In this document: piece by piece, positions 18,565 to 26,883 of the stretch
Numbering within the stretch: the first letter of the stretch is position 1
How the letters are laid out: every line of letters begins with the position of its first letter
Source: Nitrosospira multiformis ATCC 25196
GTDB lineage: Bacteria; Pseudomonadota; Gammaproteobacteria; Burkholderiales; Nitrosomonadaceae
Direction of reading: 5' to 3'
Assembly (NCBI RefSeq): GCF_000196355.1
Contig: NC_007614.1
Coordinates: 1,110,001 to 1,142,000 of the forward strand
DNA length: 32,000 nt
Notes under the pieces: model-generated
The model's input: only the letters and a program-made list of their open reading frames with translations
The model's database searches: none
Told to the model about the DNA's origin: nothing
Position numbers and translations under genes: made by a program

Positions 18565-18837
18565 TCAACCCCCTGCAACGGCAGGCAGGATGGTCAGCAA
18601 GTCGCCATCAGTGAGGCTGGTCGAGAGGCCCTCGCTAAAGCGAATATCGTTGTCGTTCACATAGATATTGACGAAGCGGTGTGCTTCGCCCCCGGTGATC
18701 AGTTTTTCCTTGACGCCAGGGTACTGTTGTTCCATCCGTTCAATGGCATCGAGCACATTGGAGCCATCCACTTCGATACGCTTCTGGTTGTCGGTAAGGG
18801 GTCTGAGTATGGTCGGGATACTTATGGTTATCGGCAT
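18565..18837 (-). CDS. cysO: CysO-type ubiquitin-like sulfur carrier (MoaD/ThiS family)
   Basis: MPITISIPTILRPLTDNQKRIEV...RFVNIYVNDNDIRFSEGLSTSLTDGDLLTILPAVAGG; closely resembles mycobacterial CysO and ends in GG. GGAG precedes the ATG at 18837; the track start is 18867. Confidence 0.92.
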   Translation of the reverse strand: MPITISIPTILRPLTDNQKRIEVDGSNVLDAIERMEQQYPGVKEKLITGGEAHRFVNIYVNDNDIRFSEGLSTSLTDGDLLTILPAVAGG

Positions 18838-18939
18838 ATTTATTTCTCCATATTTGGTTTTAAACACGAAAAGTATTAATAAGGATTTAAATTCGCATTA
18901 ACGCCCTTATTCAACATAAAAGCGTATCGCGTTCATCTA

Positions 18940-18994
18940 ATTGGCAGGTTCAAGCGTTTTCACGCGTGCCTCAATCCCGCTACCACCTGCCAAT
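18940..18994. repeat. 10-bp perfect inverted repeat enclosing a small internal hairpin, between mec and cysO
   Basis: ATTGGCAGGT (18940-18949) and ACCTGCCAAT (18985-18994); inner GCGT-TTTC-ACGC at 18954-18965. Confidence 0.55.
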
Positions 18995-19042
18995 ATTCCT
19001 GATCAACCTGTTTGCGAAAAATCGAACCCTCCAGAAGGCGCC

Positions 19043-19495
19043 CTAGGCTACCATTGCCTCCATCGATAACTCCCATTCCGCCTTATATGAATTTATCATC
19101 CTGATTCTCTCTTCGGTGACCATTCCATCGAGAATGCGGAAGCTGCGGATTTCTTCTCCGTATGCGGGATCGGTTGGAACAATGACATAATGGGATTGGG
19201 GCTGGGACGCGTATTGCACGTCGGTACGGCTTGGATAGGCTGGAGTGTGGGTATGGGAGTGATAAATCACGATGGGTTCTTCGCCACGTGCCTCCATCTC
19301 TCTCCAGACCTGTAGCTGCTCTTGCGGATCGAACTTGAAAAATGTTTCGGACTGGGCTGCATTGCGCATCGGGATGAGGCGCAGGGGAAGATTCGATTTT
19401 TCCGGACCGGCAATGACCCCGCAGATTTCAAAAGGATGATCTTTATGTGCCTGAGCAAGCATTGCTTCAACGAGCTTGGCGTGTATGGTCAGCAT
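19043..19495 (-). CDS. mec: Mec-type JAMM/M67 metallopeptidase (CysO-cysteine peptidase-like)
   Basis: HPFEICGVIAGPEKSNLPLRLIPMRNAAQSETFFKFDPQEQLQVWREME...PIVIYHSHTHTPAYPSRTD contains the JAMM motif and resembles mycobacterial Mec. GGAGG precedes the ATG at 19495; the track start is 19522. Confidence 0.92.
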   Translation of the reverse strand: MLTIHAKLVEAMLAQAHKDHPFEICGVIAGPEKSNLPLRLIPMRNAAQSETFFKFDPQEQLQVWREMEARGEEPIVIYHSHTHTPAYPSRTDVQYASQPQSHYVIVPTDPAYGEEIRSFRILDGMVTEERIRMINSYKAEWELSMEAMVA

Positions 19496-19675
19496 GATTC
19501 TTATCCTCCATGATGTTGACATTAATCAGCATATTCCCGGTCGAGAAAAATATAATTCCGTCATTGTGTGCCTCATCCGGAATCCAGAGGTTTTCGCATA
19601 TGGATTGCCAGGTTAGCCAGGCTTCGCCCGACGTCCGGGTATGTCGGTTGGAGCTCTACCCTAGTGACGACTCGC

Positions 19676-20848
19676 TCAATAACTTGGCAATGTCTGATCC
19701 ACATCCCTGATCCACGCCAGGATTCCGCCATCCAGGCTTTTGACATTCGTAAACCCCCGCTTGCGCATCTCCATGAGAATATCCCGGGACCGCACGCCCA
19801 TTTTGCAGTGAAGCACGATAAGCTCATCCTTGTTCAATCGGGCTAAAACTTCCTCGGACATCATCCTGTCCTTGGGAATATGATTTGCCCCTTCGATATG
19901 CACGATGTTCCATTCCTGGATTCCGCGAACATCGATAAGCTGCATGGCTACGCTGCAATCCCGCATCTCTTTCAATTCCAGGGCGCTGATCGTGGGTACG
20001 TTCGGTTTGCCGCCCGTCGTTGACTGCGGGAGGCCGCAAAATGCCTGGTAATCGATCAGCCGGGTGATCGGTGTCCTGACCGGGGCTCGCCGCAGCGGGA
20101 TGAATCTGAAGGTCATATCCAGGGCATCGTAGACAGCAAGCCTGCCGAGCAGGGTATTGCCCAGACCGGTAATCAATTTGATGGCCTCGGTAGCCATGAT
20201 CGCGCCGATGGATGCGCACAGTATGCCCAGCACGCCGCCTTCCGCACACGACGGGGCCATTTCGGGCGGCGGGGGTTCGGGATAAAGGTCGCGGTAGTTC
20301 AGGCCGCGTCCTCCTGGCGCATCTTCCCAGAAGACCGAGGCCTGCCCTTCGAAGCGGAAAATGGACCCCCAGACATAGGGCTTTCCAGCCAGCACGCAGG
20401 CATCGTTGACGAGATAGCGGGTGGAGAAGTTATCCGTTCCGTCTATTACCAGATCGTAGTCCGATATGATGTCAATAGCATTTGTTGTTTCGAGTCGTTC
20501 ATCGTGAATCCGAACCTGGATATAGGGATTCAGGGCCTTGACCGAGTCCTGCGCACTCCGGCATTTGGGTCTGCCGATATCCTGCTGCCGATGAATGACC
20601 TGCCGCTGTAGATTGGATTCATCAACAATATCGAAATCGATAATGCCCAAGGTTCCCACGCCGGCTGCGGCCAGATAGAGGAGCGTCGGCGATCCCAGCC
20701 CTCCGGCGCCGATTACCAGGACCTTGCTGTTCTTGAGACGCTGCTGCCCTTCCAGACCGACATCCGGAATCAGCAGATGGCGGCTGTAGCGCGAAATTTC
20801 TTCTTTACTCAATTCTTCCGAGGGATGTACCAGCGGTGATAGCTGCAT
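19676..20848 (-). CDS. moeZ: MoeZ/MoeB-type E1-like adenylyltransferase with C-terminal rhodanese domain
   Basis: RYSRHLLIPDVGLEGQQRLKNSKVLVIGAGGLGSPTLLYLAAAGVGTLGIIDFD; LPPEMAPSCAEGG-like PPPPEMAPSCAEGGVLGILCASIG; rhodanese loop LHCKMGVRSRD. Confidence 0.95.
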   Translation of the reverse strand: MQLSPLVHPSEELSKEEISRYSRHLLIPDVGLEGQQRLKNSKVLVIGAGGLGSPTLLYLAAAGVGTLGIIDFDIVDESNLQRQVIHRQQDIGRPKCRSAQDSVKALNPYIQVRIHDERLETTNAIDIISDYDLVIDGTDNFSTRYLVNDACVLAGKPYVWGSIFRFEGQASVFWEDAPGGRGLNYRDLYPEPPPPEMAPSCAEGGVLGILCASIGAIMATEAIKLITGLGNTLLGRLAVYDALDMTFRFIPLRRAPVRTPITRLIDYQAFCGLPQSTTGGKPNVPTISALELKEMRDCSVAMQLIDVRGIQEWNIVHIEGANHIPKDRMMSEEVLARLNKDELIVLHCKMGVRSRDILMEMRKRGFTNVKSLDGGILAWIRDVDQTLPSY

Positions 20849-20886
20849 TCGAAACCTCCATGTTCAAGTCAAAGGATCATCATTTC

Positions 20887-22827
20887 TTAGAAGCTTGCGG
20901 CTATGCCGATTTGTCCCCACCGACCCGGCATGGGATACCCCGGACGGTAGGCATAGTTGGCATCCAGAAGGTTTTCCATGGCCACGAAAATTTCTCCTTT
21001 CGTGCCCAGGAAAGGCAATGGGTGGGAGACACGCGCATTCATGATTACAAAGGAGTCGACTCGCTCGGTATTCCCTGCCCCGGCTGAGCGGGAGCGGCTG
21101 AGCGCCAGTACGCTGGATTGGTACTGGGTATCGATCGTCACGCGAATCATTCCGAATTGGCCATTAAGACCGGCTGTAACCGCTCTTGCCGGGGTATAAG
21201 GCAGGTTGTCGATGGTAGGATCGAGCAAGGTCAGCCCGCCGAATATCGTCCAATGACGTCCGATATTCTGCGTGATCGCAATCTCGGCACCCCGGATCGA
21301 ATAAGTGCCGAGATTGAGGAATTGAGGCGGTGGCGGAACATTCGGCGGAAAGCCGAAGATGAACCGGTTCTTTACCTGGTCGATAAAGAGGCTGACATCG
21401 ATTTGCGTCGCGTCGATAGGTGTCAGTTTCAAACCGATCTCCGCATGGTTGAGTTCTTCCGCGGACAGCTGTTTCCATGTCTGCCCCAACGGCGGAATCA
21501 GGAAGGAGAGAACAGGTGCTTCCAGACCTGGATAGTTGATGCCGCGTGAAACATTGCCGAAGAGGGTCAGCTTCTCGGAAACCAGGGAGAGGCCCGCGTG
21601 GGGCGAGGTTCTCGTGCGGAACATGCTGTGATCGTAGACACGTATCCCGACCGACGGCACCAGCGACCAGTTTTCATTGAGATCGATCTTCTGGCTTAAT
21701 GCCACATAGGGCGAGGTAACACGGAAAGTCGGTGTATCGAAACTGTCTCGTGGAGCTGGCGGCAGCCGGTTGAATCGTACGTCGCCCGAAACCCAGTCGC
21801 TGTCGAGACCGGCAACAATAGCACTCCCCCTCCATAGGGAGAATTCTTCTTTCCAGCGCATGCCAGTCATCTGGAAGTTATTGAACTGGTCTCCTTCTAA
21901 TCCGGATTGATGCAACCAGTTGCCTTCCCCTCTATTGTGGTAAACACGCAGGCCACCACGCCAGTTGCCATGACGATGCGATACAAAAACAGAGACGATT
22001 CCTGCCTGGGTATTGTATTGTGGCGCCACGGCGGGCACCGGGAGCCGGTTGTCACCCGGGTCACCTGCCTGGTTGTTGACATAAAGAAAGCTCGTGCCAA
22101 CTGACCAATTAGCGTTCAGGCGCACCCCGATGCGTCCCATTACATTGTTCAGCTCGCCGTTCGCATTAGGCCGATGTCCATTCGATTGGGCGTGGCCTTG
22201 CGCCAGCATGAAATCCACGTTTCCATAACTGCCCACCAGATCCGCCTGCTCTATGAAGGTGCTGAAGTAGCCTCCGGATATCCTGCCGCTGGCATGCAGG
22301 CCCTCTTCAGTGGCGCGCTTGGTTTCCAAATTGATCGAGGCAAAGTTGTTTCCGTTGATTTGTGGCTGCGGGCTTTTATATACTGTGATTGCCTGCATGC
22401 CGTTGACCGGCAGAAGATCGAGCAAGGGATGGTTCCAGACCCCCATGTAAAATGGAACGCCATCGATGTAGGTTTTGATTTCGCTGCCGGGCCGGCTGAC
22501 GCCCATCCCGCGGATATAAACCCCGCCGCCCTGATCCCCACCAAAGGCGCCCACAGGGTTGTAGCGCGATATCTGGACGCCAGGCGTGCGCCGCAGCGCG
22601 GTAGCCAGATCGAATGCATTCTGGTCGTGCAACTGGCTTTCGGTGACGACCGCCGATGTGCTGGAAAAACCGTCGATACGAATGCGATCTATGATCGGAT
22701 TGGCGGTTACCACAATCGGAGTAAGTTCAGTTTCATGCGCCATGGCAAAACCTGGGCAGATTATCGTCAAGACCGCAGATAGTGCGGTTGCTGTGTTTTT
22801 TCTTCTTATCATTTTTCTTGTTTTCAT
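20887..22827 (-). CDS. TonB-dependent outer-membrane receptor
   Basis: Signal peptide, TonB box-like ELTPIVVTA, plug domain LATALRRTPGVQISR...GGVYIRGMG, C-terminal ENLLDANYAYRPGYPMPGRWGQIGIAASF ending in Phe. Preferred ATG at 22827 (MKTRKMIRRKN...). Confidence 0.92.
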   Translation of the reverse strand: MKTRKMIRRKNTATALSAVLTIICPGFAMAHETELTPIVVTANPIIDRIRIDGFSSTSAVVTESQLHDQNAFDLATALRRTPGVQISRYNPVGAFGGDQGGGVYIRGMGVSRPGSEIKTYIDGVPFYMGVWNHPLLDLLPVNGMQAITVYKSPQPQINGNNFASINLETKRATEEGLHASGRISGGYFSTFIEQADLVGSYGNVDFMLAQGHAQSNGHRPNANGELNNVMGRIGVRLNANWSVGTSFLYVNNQAGDPGDNRLPVPAVAPQYNTQAGIVSVFVSHRHGNWRGGLRVYHNRGEGNWLHQSGLEGDQFNNFQMTGMRWKEEFSLWRGSAIVAGLDSDWVSGDVRFNRLPPAPRDSFDTPTFRVTSPYVALSQKIDLNENWSLVPSVGIRVYDHSMFRTRTSPHAGLSLVSEKLTLFGNVSRGINYPGLEAPVLSFLIPPLGQTWKQLSAEELNHAEIGLKLTPIDATQIDVSLFIDQVKNRFIFGFPPNVPPPPQFLNLGTYSIRGAEIAITQNIGRHWTIFGGLTLLDPTIDNLPYTPARAVTAGLNGQFGMIRVTIDTQYQSSVLALSRSRSAGAGNTERVDSFVIMNARVSHPLPFLGTKGEIFVAMENLLDANYAYRPGYPMPGRWGQIGIAASF

Positions 22828-23060
22828 CGAATTCCTGTGAATTGCTGCAAGCAGGCCCAAGCAACAGGGCCAAAGCAACCATCAATGCTGTAAACGAAGT
22901 CATTTGCTCGAAGGCGGAATGCATATCGACGTGAAGCCCGAAGCCTCGTGCCGGGAAAAAACCGGAAGGAGCTTGTCACCTGCGGCCAGGAGAATGTCGG
23001 CAAACCCTGTATAGCTGCTGAGGTGGAATGTAAGGCAAATCGTGGGAATTAGGAATGTGG

Positions 23061-23104
23061 CATATTGCCGCATGTGACAAATTGTCGCATGTCATATTGC
23101 GGCA
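23061..23104. promoter_or_regulatory. Candidate operator: 21-bp imperfect palindrome flanked by 12-bp near-identical direct repeats
   Basis: CATGTGACAAATTGTCGCATG (23071-23091), flanked by CATATTGCCGCA (23061-23072) and CATATTGCGGCA (23093-23104), in the divergent intergenic region upstream of the receptor. Confidence 0.5.
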
Positions 23105-23407
23105 CTCACGCCAGGTTTGATGCGGAAGGTTTCATCGTCTCGACAGACTGTTTCCGGTACATATCCGGCGTTGCGGAATCCGCCTTGCTGCTGACTGTCT
23201 TAAACATTGCAGTTCGATACCCGCTTATTTATCATGTCCATAATGCCGGCGGTGTTTGCGTCCGAAACGAAATAAGAAGCGAAAAGATTTAACAATCTTT
23301 TTGATCAGAGATTCGACACGAATTCAAAAAAACGAACAAGTCGAGGAAAATGCTGCATTTCGTGGTTTGGTTGATATCCATAAAACAGTAATGTTGTATT
23401 TTTACCC

Positions 23408-26400
23408 TTGCTGATTCCTACTTTGCGGCGTGCACTCAGGTTTTTCACTCCCCGCGTATTAATCCTGCTTTTTGCTGCGCTTTCAGTTGCAGTCTTTCTT
23501 GTCTATCGGGAAATAGAAACATCCTGGTATCAGGCATGGCGTCTGTCAAAGCTGGCTGGCGATCTGAAGTGGGAGATAAGAAGCGGTCGGGATGAAGACT
23601 TCACCCAACTCGCTCTTTCCCAGACCGGGCCGTATGATATTCGTCTGGGCTACAGCAGCCTGCCCCGGTTGCTTCAGAACCTGGAAAAACATGGTTTCGA
23701 GGTGCAGGCGCAGGCGCATGCTTCCAGGCAGATGAAGGATCTGGTCCGGCGGGGCGTGTTCGTGCCATATCGCGAAAAATCCCAGGCGGGCCTCGAGATA
23801 ACCGGAAGCAACGGGCAATCGCTATACCGCGTGTCGTTTCCGAAACGGGTGTATGATAAATTCGAATCCGTTCCGTCGGTGATCACGAGCAGTCTTCTGT
23901 TTATCGAAAACCGTGAATTGCTGGATGAAACCCGGCCGAAAAAAAATCCCGCCATAGACTGGGCCCGGCTCGGCAGGGCAATCCTGGACAAAGGGATTCA
24001 GGTTTTCAATTCCGACCATGATGTTCCCGGCGGCAGTACGCTTGCCACGCAGATCGAGAAATACCGTCATTCTCCCAACGGGCTGACGCTTACCAGCGGG
24101 GACAAGTTCCAGCAGATTGCTTCCGCCTCCGTGCGTGCGTATCTGCAGGGGGACAACACGCTGGCGGTCCGCAAACAGATCATGGTGGACTATCTTAATA
24201 CCGTTCCGCTTGCGGGCGCTCTCGGGTTCGGAGAAACGAATGGAATCGGTGACGCTCTCTGGGCTTGGTATGGGCTCGATTTCGAAGAAACCAACCGCAT
24301 CCTGAACTGGCAATACCGGAACGAAACCGAATTTGCCAAGGCTGCAGGGCGCTACAAGCACGTACTGAGCCTCATGATTGCGCAGCGGAGGCCTTCCTAT
24401 TATCTGTTGGCTGGCCGCCAGGAGCTCGATGAGCTCACGGATGCCTATCTGCGCGTGCTTACCCAGGTGAAAGTGATTCCACCCAGACTCAGGGATGCTG
24501 CCCTTCGACAACCTCTGCGGTTTCGGGATGCCTTCAAGCCGGAGGAGATCAAGGACTTTTCCGCCCAGAAGGCGGTCAATGCGGCGCGAGTACGCCTTGC
24601 GTCCCAACTCGGGCTACAGGGGCTGTATGATCTGGACCGGCTGGATCTGTCCGTGCAGAGCACGCTCGATATCGAGCTGCAAAAAAGGACCACCGAAATG
24701 CTGCGCCAGTTGAGGGACCCGATAAATGCGGTAGCGGCGGGACTGTATGGCCATCGCCTGTTGGGAAAAGAAGATCCATCCAAAATCATCTATAGCTTCA
24801 CCCTTTCAGAATTGACTCCCGACGGCGCCAAGTTCCGCATTCTCGCTGACAATTTCGACCAGCCTCTCGATATCAACAAGGGGACCAAGCTTGATCTGGG
24901 TTCCACCGCCAAGTTGAGGACACTCGTGACGTATCTCGAAATTGTCGAGGCCCTGCATCGAAAATATGCAGCCTGGGAACTGAAAGCATTACGCGCGGAA
25001 GAGGTCGATCCAAGCGACGCGCTCAGCCGCTGGGCAATCGACCATCTTTTGCATAGTGGGGACAAGAGCCTGAGATCCATGTTGAATGCGGCCATGGAGC
25101 GCAAGTACTCTGCCAATCCCTATGAGCGCTTCTTTACCGGGGGGGGCCAGCACGTCTTTCATAATTTCAAGCCCGAAGACAACTACAGGATCATGAGCGT
25201 ACGCGAGGCCACGACCAACTCGGTTAATCTCGTCTATATCCGGTTGATGCGGGATATCGTGCGTTACTACATGTTCCAGGTGGGAGGGTCGTCCGCCAAA
25301 ATACTCAGGGATGCGAGTAATTCCGATCGGGGGGAATATCTTCGGCGCTTTGCAGACAAGGAAGGCAGAGTGTTCATCAACCGTTTTTACCTGAAGTACA
25401 AAGACAAGTCCACTGATCCGCGCGAGGTGAGCGACATATTCTTTTCCAGCTTCCGGCACACGCCCCGGCGTCTCGCAGCGGCTTACCGCTATATTTACCC
25501 AGCCTCCAGTCTGGTCGAATTCGTGGCCTTCATGACCCCGCATTTGCCCCGGTTCAAACAGCTGGATACCTATAGACTGGAGGATCTGTACGAGGCTTAT
25601 GCACCAGGAAAATATTCGCTGGCGGATCAGGGCCATATCGTCACGGTTCATCCTCTGGAACTATGGCTGGCGCGTTACCTGATCCTGCATCCGGCAGCCG
25701 ACTACAAGGAGGTGATCGACGCGAGCGCCGGCGAGCGCATTGCCGTCTATCACTGGCTGTTCAATACTATCCATAAAAACTCCCAGGACGTGCGTATCCG
25801 CGGCCTTCTGGAGGTCGAGGCATTTCTCGAAATTCACCGCAGCTGGAAGCGCCTCGGGTATCCTTTCGACTCTCTCGTACCATCGCTCGCTACGGCAATA
25901 GGAAGTTCCGCGGATCACCCCGCGGCCCTTGCCGAGCTTATGGGTGTCATCCTCAACGATGGCGTCCGGGTACCCACGCTGCTGATCGAGCGTCTGCGCT
26001 TTGCAGCCGACACGCCTTTCGAGACGATCGTCGAGAAGAAACCCCTCCAGGGTGAAAGAGTATTTTCCCCCGAACTGGCGGCAACGGTGCGCAGTGTCCT
26101 GACCAAGGTGGTAGCGGTGGGTACGGCTTCGCGGCTGGCGCATGCAATGGTGGAAGAGGATGGCTCGGAAATCCTGATCGGCGGGAAAACCGGCACGGGT
26201 GATCATCGTCATATCACGTTTTCTTCATCGGGAGTCATCAAGGAATCGCGTGCGGTGAACCGTTCTGCAACTTTTGTCTTCTTTATCGGCGACCGTTTTT
26301 TCGGGACCATGACTGCATTCGTACCGGGAGTGGATGCAGCAAACTATACGTTTACCTCGGCACTTTCCACACAGGTGATGAAAAAACTGGTACCGGTCCT

Positions 26401-26512
26401 CAAACCCCTTATTGACAAGCCTCCATCCTGGCCGGAATCCACCCTGGCGGAGGATGCGATCAGGAAAGCTTTACCGGAAGAAAAGGAAAAGCTGCAGCCC
26501 ACTTCCAGCTAA
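23408..26512 (+). CDS. GT51 transglycosylase/transpeptidase-like penicillin-binding protein (atypical, 1034 aa)
   Basis: N-terminal TM, VPGGSTLATQIEKYRHSP (GT51-like), GSTAKLRTL (SxxK), TTNSVN (SxN), GGKTGTGD (KTG). TTG start codon. Confidence 0.8.
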   Translation: MLIPTLRRALRFFTPRVLILLFAALSVAVFLVYREIETSWYQAWRLSKLAGDLKWEIRSGRDEDFTQLALSQTGPYDIRLGYSSLPRLLQNLEKHGFEVQAQAHASRQMKDLVRRGVFVPYREKSQAGLEITGSNGQSLYRVSFPKRVYDKFESVPSVITSSLLFIENRELLDETRPKKNPAIDWARLGRAILDKGIQVFNSDHDVPGGSTLATQIEKYRHSPNGLTLTSGDKFQQIASASVRAYLQGDNTLAVRKQIMVDYLNTVPLAGALGFGETNGIGDALWAWYGLDFEETNRILNWQYRNETEFAKAAGRYKHVLSLMIAQRRPSYYLLAGRQELDELTDAYLRVLTQVKVIPPRLRDAALRQPLRFRDAFKPEEIKDFSAQKAVNAARVRLASQLGLQGLYDLDRLDLSVQSTLDIELQKRTTEMLRQLRDPINAVAAGLYGHRLLGKEDPSKIIYSFTLSELTPDGAKFRILADNFDQPLDINKGTKLDLGSTAKLRTLVTYLEIVEALHRKYAAWELKALRAEEVDPSDALSRWAIDHLLHSGDKSLRSMLNAAMERKYSANPYERFFTGGGQHVFHNFKPEDNYRIMSVREATTNSVNLVYIRLMRDIVRYYMFQVGGSSAKILRDASNSDRGEYLRRFADKEGRVFINRFYLKYKDKSTDPREVSDIFFSSFRHTPRRLAAAYRYIYPASSLVEFVAFMTPHLPRFKQLDTYRLEDLYEAYAPGKYSLADQGHIVTVHPLELWLARYLILHPAADYKEVIDASAGERIAVYHWLFNTIHKNSQDVRIRGLLEVEAFLEIHRSWKRLGYPFDSLVPSLATAIGSSADHPAALAELMGVILNDGVRVPTLLIERLRFAADTPFETIVEKKPLQGERVFSPELAATVRSVLTKVVAVGTASRLAHAMVEEDGSEILIGGKTGTGDHRHITFSSSGVIKESRAVNRSATFVFFIGDRFFGTMTAFVPGVDAANYTFTSALSTQVMKKLVPVLKPLIDKPPSWPESTLAEDAIRKALPEEKEKLQPTSS

Positions 26513-26544
26513 ACTTGAACACACTCGTACCCGGCAGCGGGGAT

Positions 26545-26664
26545 TCAGTCCTCTGTGTTGATCCACCACAGGAAAACCACTATTCCCAGCACCAGGGCGA
26601 GGCCCAGGATAGCCTTGGCAAATTCCTTTACAAACCAGAATACCATCGATTCATATAAACTCAC
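26545..26664 (-). CDS. Small predicted membrane protein (39 aa)
   Basis: GTG-started minus-strand frame: MSLYESMVFWFVKEFAKAILGLALVLGIVVFLWWINTED*. Below the track's length cutoff. Confidence 0.4.
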   Translation of the reverse strand: MSLYESMVFWFVKEFAKAILGLALVLGIVVFLWWINTED

Positions 26665-26679
26665 ATTTTCTCCCCTGAT

Positions 26680-26883
26680 TTATTTTCGGGTCCACCACCA
26701 CAACAGAAACGACAGAACCAGCGACACCAGCAGCCCGCTGGTGAGCGGAAAGTAGAGTCTGAAATTCTCGCGTTCAATGACAATATCTCCGGGAAGACGG
26801 CCAAAGGGCAGCTTCGACAACCAGGGCCACAATAATCCCGCCAACAACAGGAGTATGCCGCATAGGATAAGCAGACGCTGCAT
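26680..26883 (-). CDS. DUF2905-like small membrane protein
   Basis: MQRLLILCGILLLLAGLLWPWLSKLPFGRLPGDIVIERENFRLYFPLTSGLLVSLVLSFLLWWWTRK; LGRLPGDI-type motif and two TM segments. Start moved from 26985 to the internal ATG. Confidence 0.8.
   Translation of the reverse strand: MQRLLILCGILLLLAGLLWPWLSKLPFGRLPGDIVIERENFRLYFPLTSGLLVSLVLSFLLWWWTRK

Noticed and set aside
8067-22827. Treating the porin/GH88/amidohydrolase genes as proven members of the sulfur cluster
   Set aside because: Only proximity and strand support it; the MITE-like element separates the groups, and no biochemical link is evident. Kept as separate findings.
22950-23030. Possible cobalamin riboswitch (GCCAGGAGAATGTCGGC resembles the 3' element) near the TonB-dependent receptor
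   Set aside because: It is on the plus strand, opposite to the receptor; the B12-box (GCCACTG) and other core elements are not recognisable. An Infernal scan with the cobalamin model would settle it.
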